From IMG/VR virus record IMGVR_UViG_3300044630_003363, positions 1-55,893 of that record: a stretch of DNA of 55,893 nucleotides; one strand, given 5' to 3'. The position numbers were made by a program, and so were the translations under genes. This DNA is from a virus. Taxonomy: Duplodnaviria; Caudoviricetes. A model generated the notes under the pieces. The model made no database searches and had not been told where the DNA came from. It saw only the letters and a program-made list of their open reading frames with translations. Every line of letters starts with the position of its first letter. The stretch's first letter is position 1. Positions 1 through 7,808 of this stretch are shown piece by piece.

Positions 1-496
1 TTTGTTGTGCTGTGAGTATTTGATTTAACTTAGCGTCAAGAATTTCTGTTACCGTTTTTCTTACGATATTTTCAATAATTGGTATCAAATCACTACTATT
101 ATATGATGGTGAACTACCTTGTTGTTTGCTTGGTGATTTTTTTGTTGACACACCCTCGCTCTCCATTAGTCTTTTTGTTTTTTCAACAAAATTTAAATCT
201 AACGAATCAGTTAAACTAATTTGATTAATTGGGTTTTCAATCATTGCTTTTTTGATGGCATCAGGTAATTTAGACTCCATTATTCTATTTACATTTGATT
301 GTTGATATTCTTGTTGTCTAACTTGGGGTTGTTGATTATATTGTGCTGATAATTCTTCCGGGTCAGACCTTAATACTGTTTCGTTTACATTTCCTCTTTC
401 GAAACTGCCAGTTTCTACTTTATTCATGACTTTCTTAGCTTGTACTAATTTCATCATTAAGTCGTTTTGAGATATTACTCCTTGTCCTGTTTCCAT
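1..496 (-). CDS. Hypothetical phage protein, truncated by the window edge (METGQGVISQNDLMMKLVQAKKVMNKVETG...)
   Basis: Hand-translated; ATG at 496, open to position 1; absent from the ORF track because it is partial. Confidence 0.85.
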   Translation of the reverse strand, partial: METGQGVISQNDLMMKLVQAKKVMNKVETGSFERGNVNETVLRSDPEELSAQYNQQPQVRQQEYQQSNVNRIMESKLPDAIKKAMIENPINQISLTDSLDLNFVEKTKRLMESEGVSTKKSPSKQQGSSPSYNSSDLIPIIENIVRKTVTEILDAKLNQILTAQQ

Positions 497-523
497 GATA
501 TTTTTTATATATAATAAGTATTT

Positions 524-1423
524 TTAAAAGAAGATTAAAGTCTTCATTCTTTTTATTGATTCCATTAACGGGGTTTCATTATCTTCATCATTTGTCTCAG
601 GTTGAGGTATATTACCTGCAACCTTTACATTATCTCCCTTTAATAAATTGAATAATTCTATTTCCGAATCTTTTTCTAATTTCCTTCTTGTTCCTTCTCC
701 CGGCTTTATGTTACCACCAACTTCAGATTGAGATTTAACCCAATCTTCTAGTTTTTTATTATAAAGAGCGTCTATACTTAATTTAACATTTTCAGGTGAT
801 ACTTCTTTATTATTGTTTATGTTAATTATTTTATTTTTTAAATCATTGTAAACCTCAACATCCCTTTTAATTTGTGATTGTGGTTGTGGTAATACTGATG
901 GTTTTTCTTTTTGTTTAGGTTGTGGTAATTCAGTTTTAGGTTTTTCCGGTTCAACTGTTGGTGTAACGGTTGGTTTTGGTAATTCAGTTTTAGGAGTTGT
1001 TGGTAAAGTTCCCCAATTACTTTTTACCTCAATACTGGTTAAACTTTTATCTCCGCTTTCATTATAACCCGGTCTTTTTTGGTCGAATGTTTCGTCTTCA
1101 TAAATGTTAATACCTGACATTCTTGATATAATAAACATTCTCCAACCATATTCGGCTGTTCCTAATTTATTACTATCAAAACCTTTTTTAGATGTTGATG
1201 GTGGTTGTACCCATCCCCTAACAACTAAGTTACCTTTTTTTGTTAAACCCATTACAACCAATTCGGCTCTAATTCTTCTTCCAGGTAAAACTTCACCTTT
1301 CGGACCATTATAGTAGAAGGAAACGGGATTTCGGTTTATAATTGCATCCTTTAATCTTTTATTGATACTACCATTTGGTGCCTCCAATAAAATTTGGGAT
1401 AATATGTTTTTAAATTTTATCAT
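524..1423 (-). CDS. WYL-domain protein with Pro/Lys/Thr-rich linker and helical C-terminus
   Basis: N-terminal LKDAIINRNPVSFYY...RRIRAELVVMG...VRGW...WRMFIISRM matches the WYL pattern; start overlaps the upstream stop (TAATG). Confidence 0.75.
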   Translation of the reverse strand: MIKFKNILSQILLEAPNGSINKRLKDAIINRNPVSFYYNGPKGEVLPGRRIRAELVVMGLTKKGNLVVRGWVQPPSTSKKGFDSNKLGTAEYGWRMFIISRMSGINIYEDETFDQKRPGYNESGDKSLTSIEVKSNWGTLPTTPKTELPKPTVTPTVEPEKPKTELPQPKQKEKPSVLPQPQSQIKRDVEVYNDLKNKIININNNKEVSPENVKLSIDALYNKKLEDWVKSQSEVGGNIKPGEGTRRKLEKDSEIELFNLLKGDNVKVAGNIPQPETNDEDNETPLMESIKRMKTLIFF

Positions 1424-3612
1424 TAAAAATCTGGGTATGCTTTAATTGTTGAGTATTTATTTTTTGATAGTAGGTCAACTCTACCGGGACCAATTGCATT
1501 ACCAAAAATATCCGTTCTTGTACCAATTTGTCCGCTATTGTTTTCTCCTCTACCTTTTTCATCTCCGTCGGATACCGCATTTGGATTATTAACATTATAT
1601 TCAAAAATATTATTATATATGTTTTTTGCCAATAGGTCAACTCTACCGGGTCCTATTGAGTTACCAAAAATATCGGTTCTTGTACCAATCTGACCAGATG
1701 TATTTTCTCCTCTACCTTTCTCATCACCATCAGATACTGCATTTGGATTATTGACATTATATTCAAAAGTATCAGAATAGATGTTAATTGCTTTTAAACC
1801 TATTCTACCTAAACCAATTGCATTACCGAAGATATCAGTTCTTGTTCCAATTTGTCCGCTAGTATTTTCTCCTCTACCTTTCTCATCACCATCAGATACT
1901 GCATTTGGATTATTGACATTATATTGAAAAAAATCGCTGTAAATATTCATCCCTAATAATCCAACTCTACCGGGACCAAGTGCATTACCAAAAACATCAG
2001 TTCTTGTACCGATTGGAAATAATAGATTTTCTCCTCTACCCTTTTCATCACCATCGGATAATGCGTTTGGATTACCGTTATTGTATCTAAAATTATCATC
2101 GTAGATATTCATCGCCAATAATCCAAGTCTACCGGGACCTATACTATTACCAAAGATATCGGTTTTTGTTCCAATGAATGGAAATCCACTATTTTCACCT
2201 CTACCTTTTTCATCACCGTCAGATAATGCATCAGGATTACCTGAACCGTAGTTGTTGGTGTAGTTGTAATCGTTGATTGCTAAAAGTGTATTTCTTTCAT
2301 TAATATCAGTTTTAGAACCTATATTACCACCTAACTCTCCTTTACCTTTTTCATCACCATCAGATAATGCGTCTTTGTTTACTGAACTATAGTTGTTTGT
2401 ATAATTGTAATCATTTTTAGCCAAAAGAGTATTTCTTTCAATAATATCTGTTCTTGTACCAATCTGACCAGATGTATTTTCTCCTCTACCCTTTTCATCA
2501 CCATCAGATAATGCGTTTTGATTTGTTAAACCGTATCCATTATTAGAACCATAATTGTTGATTGCTAATAATTTTATCCTTTCATTGATATCGGTTTTTG
2601 TTCCAACATCACCACTGGTATTTTCACCTCTACCTTTTTCGTCTCCATCAGATATAGCATCTCTATTTGTTAAACCATATCCATTATTAGAACCATAATC
2701 ATTTATTGCCAATAATTTTGTTCTCTCATTGATATCGGTTTTTGTTCCAATTTGTCCACCATTGTTTTCTCCTCTACCTTTTTCATCACCGTCCGAGATT
2801 GCATTTGGATTTGTTAATCCGTAACCATTATTTGGTCTGTAACTGTTTTTTGATAATAATGAGTTTCTTTCGTTAATATCAGTTTTTGAACCAATATTAC
2901 CAGCAAACTCTCCCTTACCTTTTTCATCTCCATCAGATATGGCATCTCTATTTGTTAATCCGTAATTATTAGCGTAGTTATAATCATTTTTTGATAATAA
3001 TGTGTTTCTTTCATTAATATCAGTTTTTGAACCAATATTACCATTTAATTCACCTTTACCTTTTTCGTCTCCGTCAGATAATGCGTTTTGATTTGTTAAT
3101 CCATAACCATTATTTGAGTTATAGTTGTTTTTTGATAAAAGTACATTTCTTTCATTAATGTCGGTTCTCGTTCCAACTTGTCCATTGGTGTTCTCACCTC
3201 TACCCTTTTCGTCACCGTCAGATATAGCATCTTTGTTTACGACTCCATAACCATTATTTGGTCCGTAATTGTTTTTTGATAGTAATGAGTTTCTTTCATT
3301 AATGTCAGTTTTAGAACCAATATTACCATTTGACTCACCTTTACCTTTATTATCACCATCAGATAGTGCATTAGGGTTAGATGAGGTATAGTTGTTATCA
3401 TAATTGTAGTTGTTTTTTGATAAAAGAACATTTCTTTCATTAATGTCCGTTTTAGTACCAACATTACCATTTAACTCACCCATACCTTTATTATCACCAT
3501 CAGATAGTGCATTTGAACTAGTTGAATTGTAATTATTTGGGTAATTATATTCGTTAGCCGCCAATAATAAAGCCCTTTGTTGGATTGCTATAATCTCTAA
3601 TTGTGTCGGCAT
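1423..3612 (-). CDS. 729-aa tandem-repeat protein (14 SDGD-[EN]-KG-x-GE units), function unknown
   Basis: 14 repeats of 47-55 aa; synonymous codon variation between units shows selection at the protein level. Confidence 0.9.
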   Translation of the reverse strand: MPTQLEIIAIQQRALLLAANEYNYPNNYNSTSSNALSDGDNKGMGELNGNVGTKTDINERNVLLSKNNYNYDNNYTSSNPNALSDGDNKGKGESNGNIGSKTDINERNSLLSKNNYGPNNGYGVVNKDAISDGDEKGRGENTNGQVGTRTDINERNVLLSKNNYNSNNGYGLTNQNALSDGDEKGKGELNGNIGSKTDINERNTLLSKNDYNYANNYGLTNRDAISDGDEKGKGEFAGNIGSKTDINERNSLLSKNSYRPNNGYGLTNPNAISDGDEKGRGENNGGQIGTKTDINERTKLLAINDYGSNNGYGLTNRDAISDGDEKGRGENTSGDVGTKTDINERIKLLAINNYGSNNGYGLTNQNALSDGDEKGRGENTSGQIGTRTDIIERNTLLAKNDYNYTNNYSSVNKDALSDGDEKGKGELGGNIGSKTDINERNTLLAINDYNYTNNYGSGNPDALSDGDEKGRGENSGFPFIGTKTDIFGNSIGPGRLGLLAMNIYDDNFRYNNGNPNALSDGDEKGRGENLLFPIGTRTDVFGNALGPGRVGLLGMNIYSDFFQYNVNNPNAVSDGDEKGRGENTSGQIGTRTDIFGNAIGLGRIGLKAINIYSDTFEYNVNNPNAVSDGDEKGRGENTSGQIGTRTDIFGNSIGPGRVDLLAKNIYNNIFEYNVNNPNAVSDGDEKGRGENNSGQIGTRTDIFGNAIGPGRVDLLSKNKYSTIKAYPDF

Positions 3613-4110
3613 TTAGTACTTAATTAATTTTTTTATTTTATTAACCTCCTCAAACAATCCAAGTGAGGATATCGAGGATATTGAACTTTTATCTGAATTA
3701 CTTTTAATAAGATTGGTTGGTATTCTAAAATTAAAATTTTTTGTGTGTTTTTTTAGGTGGCTATTTTTTCTTTCTCCCGTCATACTTGAGATATCATCAG
3801 CCCTCATTTTAGAATCTTTACGATTACTAACTAAATCTCTCTCACCTTGTAGATGTTGATTAGCCCACTTTTCCATTAAATCACCACCACATAAATCATA
3901 TTTTAATCTATCTTTTATTTTATCTATATTTTGGATATCGTGAATAATTCTTTTTAATTGTCCGTATTTTACCGATTTATCCAGTAAGATTTTTTTTGCT
4001 CTCTGTATTCCACGAGCATTCTGACCATTTAAACCAACAATGGTGTGGTTTATTTTATCTAAAATATCTTGTGGAACATTGAAAATCCTACCTTTTAAAT
4101 CTTTATTCAT
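3613..4110 (-). CDS. Hypothetical phage protein (165 aa)
   Basis: ORF abutting both neighbours; C-terminal LFEEVNKIKKLIKY motif. Confidence 0.85.
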   Translation of the reverse strand: MNKDLKGRIFNVPQDILDKINHTIVGLNGQNARGIQRAKKILLDKSVKYGQLKRIIHDIQNIDKIKDRLKYDLCGGDLMEKWANQHLQGERDLVSNRKDSKMRADDISSMTGERKNSHLKKHTKNFNFRIPTNLIKSNSDKSSISSISSLGLFEEVNKIKKLIKY

Positions 4111-4855
4111 TATCTTTTTTATTTAAGAGTTTAATAACATCTTTTATGGATATGTCATTCTTTGTTAGTGTGTTCTTCAACGCCAATATTTGTTTTCTAA
4201 TAATTGGTTCTAAGTCTTTTTCAACATCCTCATCAACTTCTTTATTAACTAAGTCATCCGATTTTGATTTTTTAGAAAGAACACTTTCAACATAATCTTG
4301 AACATATTGTTTGGGGTTTTCAATTAATCTAACTTTATCTCCTTTTAAATTTTTATCATACCCCATTTGAGCTAATCTTTCATCAGCTTCAGAATCGTCC
4401 ATTCCTAAATTATCCTTAAAGAATTTTTTAGCCTCCTTCTTATTGGCATCCACACCTAATGTGCCTTTATACCCAAGAGCACCTTTCATATTCGATTCAC
4501 CCCAATATCTTAATGATGTGTGAGAACCGTGAACCCCCACATTACCCAACATACCGTAACCGGTTTTAACCACTTGGTCGGTTGTTTTTTTACTCGCAGC
4601 ACCTGAAGACCTTGTAATTGGAATATTACTTGTACCAAAGTTACCCTTTTCATCCACAATCTCATCAACCTCTTTTTCAACCTCATCCGGTAATTTTTTA
4701 TAATTGGTATCGTCAGAAAATTCCTTAGCCATATTTTCCCACTTTAATCTCTCTTTTTTGGATAAAGACTTATCATTCGCCTTAGCAAAAAATAATCTTT
4801 GTTGTTTTTTAGACTTAAAAGTCTCTTCAATTATGTTTTTTATGTATTTATCCAT
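4103..4855 (-). CDS. Hypothetical phage protein (250 aa), possible head/internal protein
   Basis: First gene of the leftward operon, behind a TATTTATA motif; charged; FKSKKQQRLFFA segment. Confidence 0.8.
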   Translation of the reverse strand: MDKYIKNIIEETFKSKKQQRLFFAKANDKSLSKKERLKWENMAKEFSDDTNYKKLPDEVEKEVDEIVDEKGNFGTSNIPITRSSGAASKKTTDQVVKTGYGMLGNVGVHGSHTSLRYWGESNMKGALGYKGTLGVDANKKEAKKFFKDNLGMDDSEADERLAQMGYDKNLKGDKVRLIENPKQYVQDYVESVLSKKSKSDDLVNKEVDEDVEKDLEPIIRKQILALKNTLTKNDISIKDVIKLLNKKDNE

Positions 4856-4871
4856 TATAACAAGTTTATTA

Positions 4872-4904
4872 TATAAATATCAAAAGAAACGAAAGATATT
4901 TATA
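4872..4904. promoter_or_regulatory. Back-to-back divergent putative late promoters (TATTTATA on - at 4872-4879, on + at 4897-4904)
   Basis: Same motif precedes about 15 genes in the window, in the sense orientation. Confidence 0.7.
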
Positions 4905-4911
4905 ATAGAAT

Positions 4912-6390
4912 ATGAATAGTCAAAATATACTTAAATTTTGGGGTACACAAATGGATTTGAAGATTGATTCTTCAGAATATCATGATTATGAGGTATCCAA
5001 AACAGAATCGGATTACAATTCTGATGTGTTAAATATTAACACCACAATTAATTATTCTGGTTTAAGTGTAAACACCACAGGATTAACAAATGCGGATTGT
5101 GTTAGAAATACAATATCTTTAAATGAATTTGACAATACGGTTAATGACCCAACATATCCATATTCAGCATATACATGGACATTATCATATAGTGGTTTTA
5201 CCAACCAATTAAGTAATTCTGATACTATTTTAAAAAATGATGTTTATGAATTTATTAATAGTAGTGGTCAGACTCATTATTTTATTGAAAATGGATATAA
5301 TAATGCACTTTCAAATCCGTTTTCTTTAAATGTTACAGGATTTACAACGGGTTCTACCGTTGATTGTACTTTACAATTTTCAGGAACAGGGATAACGACA
5401 ACCATTTGTTGTCCAAGAGACCCAATTCCATCAGCAAAACCATGGGCGTACCAAATTAACCATGGTGCTGGTGTTAATAATTGTGATTATTCAGTTAAAA
5501 GAAGAACAGAAAAAGGATGGACAATTGATTTTGTTTTAAATAAGGATTCTCTCCCATGGTCTGACGGTAATGTCATATACTATCTTGGGGTTAGGAATGA
5601 ATCTGATATAGAGGATTACGCAGATAATAACTTATCTTTCTCATTTACTGATGATGGTAGACTTAAATGGACATCAATTCATTATTCGGGTATATGTAAT
5701 ACCTTATCGGGATACACGGAATCATATTATATTGCATCAGGACAAACATTACCATTATGTAATAATGGAACAAGTGATGATTTTAATATTACAATAACAT
5801 TTGATAGATACAGTAGATATACTGATTGTAATCTTGAAAATGATGGGGGTTGGAATGATTTAATTCCCGGAGTTAAGGTAATTCCATATGTACCAGAATC
5901 TGGTAGTTCAGTAACTTCAACACAAACCACAATTTATACTGAGGTTGAGGAATTAAATAAAAAATGGGCTGACGAGAAAGAAAGAAGATTAGGTATTTTA
6001 AAAATTTATTTAAACGGTAGACCAATATATAAATTAAAAGATTGGGAGGAAATAATTCCATCTGATAGAGGAGAACAACCTTTTATACAGTCATGGGGTT
6101 CAGGTACTCAATATGCCGGTGGTGTACATAATATGGGTACATCGTGTTTTAATTTTAAACAAATTCAATTTTATGAACAACCTTTAGATTTTGTACATGT
6201 TAGACACCATTATCTATCTGAAATAAAACCAAACTTTAATATTGTTGAGTGTAATGTGAACTGTGTTGACTCTGTTGTGGGGATTATTAATGTTACGCCA
6301 ACTCCTACTCCTACACCAACAAGAACCATCACACCAACACCAACAATATCGGTAACACCTACCTTTACACCAACACCAAGTACTTCGTAA
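4912..6390 (+). CDS. Putative virion structural protein; possible lectin/LamG-like C-terminal beta domain and Pro/Thr tail
   Basis: Ser/Thr/Gly/Asn-rich; LKIYLNG...IQFYEQPL segment reminiscent of LamG; terminal (TP)n. Confidence 0.55.
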   Translation: MNSQNILKFWGTQMDLKIDSSEYHDYEVSKTESDYNSDVLNINTTINYSGLSVNTTGLTNADCVRNTISLNEFDNTVNDPTYPYSAYTWTLSYSGFTNQLSNSDTILKNDVYEFINSSGQTHYFIENGYNNALSNPFSLNVTGFTTGSTVDCTLQFSGTGITTTICCPRDPIPSAKPWAYQINHGAGVNNCDYSVKRRTEKGWTIDFVLNKDSLPWSDGNVIYYLGVRNESDIEDYADNNLSFSFTDDGRLKWTSIHYSGICNTLSGYTESYYIASGQTLPLCNNGTSDDFNITITFDRYSRYTDCNLENDGGWNDLIPGVKVIPYVPESGSSVTSTQTTIYTEVEELNKKWADEKERRLGILKIYLNGRPIYKLKDWEEIIPSDRGEQPFIQSWGSGTQYAGGVHNMGTSCFNFKQIQFYEQPLDFVHVRHHYLSEIKPNFNIVECNVNCVDSVVGIINVTPTPTPTPTRTITPTPTISVTPTFTPTPSTS

Positions 6391-6497
6391 AAAATAACTT
6401 CAAGTTTCATAAAACTTTAATTATACCTTCTTTTTATGTATCATTTACTAATTCATGTATTTTAACTATTTATCTTTAAAGAGTCGAATAATCAATA

Positions 6498-7325
6498 ATG
6501 ACAACCATAATATTAACATCAAACAACTATAGTGGACAAACTGCGAACATTACTTATTATCCTGATACAGGTGGTACGATTAGCCTTGGCTCTGTCGTTG
6601 TCCCTTATTATTATAGTACTGACTATTTTTATGGTACTTATGAGTTATTTTTTCCAATATTTAACAAAACATGTACACTATATATTGAGTCACCTATACC
6701 TACCCCTACGGTTACACCTACTTTAACCCCAACCAATACTATCACGCCAACTTTAACAGTAACACCAACAAGAACTATTACTCCAACAATTACCCCAACC
6801 AATACTTTAACTCCAACTCCAACAAGTTCATTTAGTGCTGGTTTATATAAAACAACATATTCTGGTTATCATAACGAAAACCCAGCGTTTTTTGCAACAG
6901 CAACACCAACAACTTTTGGTGCTAATCCTGCCACATCGGTACAAACAACTTCAATAACTGAACCCGGAACTGATGACGGTACTAATTTTAGTTGTCAATG
7001 GTTAGGATATTTCAAACCAACAACAACAGAAACATACACATTCTTTTTATCAAGTGATGATGGTTCTTATCTTTGGATTGGTGCTAATGCTCAGTCAGGA
7101 TTTACCACCGCCAACTCTAACATAAACAATGGTGGAGCTCATGGAAATCAGGAGGTATCAGGTTCAGTTTCATTAACTGCTGGTGTCCTTTATCCAATAA
7201 GAATACAATTTGGTGAAATTGGTGGTGGTGATATTATGACATTTAATCATTCAACACCAACCATAACAAAAACAACAAATGTTACCGGTAAAGTATTTTA
7301 CAACCCTTCAACAAATGGATTTTAA
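6498..7325 (+). CDS. PA14/GLEYA-domain protein with Pro/Thr linker (putative carbohydrate-binding virion appendage)
   Basis: FSCQWLGYFKP...YTFFLSSDDGSYLWIG...NNGGAHG...LTAGVLYPIRIQFGE is the PA14 signature. Confidence 0.8.
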   Translation: MTTIILTSNNYSGQTANITYYPDTGGTISLGSVVVPYYYSTDYFYGTYELFFPIFNKTCTLYIESPIPTPTVTPTLTPTNTITPTLTVTPTRTITPTITPTNTLTPTPTSSFSAGLYKTTYSGYHNENPAFFATATPTTFGANPATSVQTTSITEPGTDDGTNFSCQWLGYFKPTTTETYTFFLSSDDGSYLWIGANAQSGFTTANSNINNGGAHGNQEVSGSVSLTAGVLYPIRIQFGEIGGGDIMTFNHSTPTITKTTNVTGKVFYNPSTNGF

Positions 7326-7355
7326 TTAAAATAAAAAGAACAATATTTATAGAAT

Positions 7356-7724
7356 ATGGAATTTTTTATTAGACAAGGAGCATCAGAACCAATCTTAAAA
7401 TTAAGATTAATAGACGACGGTAAAAACGATAAGTCTGGATTTAACGATGCACTTGAAAATTGTGATATCACATTTGAAATGTTTAATATTGAAAATGATG
7501 AGTATGAGATATTAAATTCAACATGTCAAATCACAACAAGGGATAAAAAATACGACCAAACAACTGATGAATATTATATTGTTCATAGATTTACTGAAGC
7601 TCAAACTGCAAACATAGGAAAATACGAGGGAAAGGTAACAGTTCAATTCTTAGATACCAATCTAAATCCTACAACAAAACTGATTTTACCCGTTAAGGAA
7701 AAATTATTTATCACCATATTTTGA
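7356..7724 (+). CDS. Small structural protein, BppU N-terminal-like beta sandwich
   Basis: FFIRQGASEPILKLRL...TANIGKYEGKVTVQF pattern; late motif 4 nt upstream. Confidence 0.5.
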   Translation: MEFFIRQGASEPILKLRLIDDGKNDKSGFNDALENCDITFEMFNIENDEYEILNSTCQITTRDKKYDQTTDEYYIVHRFTEAQTANIGKYEGKVTVQFLDTNLNPTTKLILPVKEKLFITIF

Positions 7725-7752
7725 TAATCAAATTTTTTTCTGTATATTTTTG
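7720..7752 (+). promoter_or_regulatory. Putative host-sigma (Bacteroidota-type -33/-7) promoter for DNA polymerase
   Basis: TTTG at 7720, 19-nt spacer, TATATTTT(TG) at 7743; resembles TTTG-N19-21-TAnnTTTG. Confidence 0.45.
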
Positions 7753-7791
7753 ACAAGACTAATTACGGAATGTCCGTAAGCTAATGTGTCA
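7751..7791 (+). promoter_or_regulatory. Structured 5' leader of the polymerase gene
   Basis: TTACGGA-ATG-TCCGTAA hairpin (7763-7779) enclosed by TGACA/TGTCA. Confidence 0.5.
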
Positions 7792-7808
7792 CTTAAAAAA
7801 TATACATA

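Noticed and set aside
1423-3612. CRISPR-like array suggested by recurring tcatcaccatcagata DNA repeats
   Set aside because: Repeats vary at synonymous positions, the intervening sequences are homologous to each other, the frame is open throughout, and no cas genes are present
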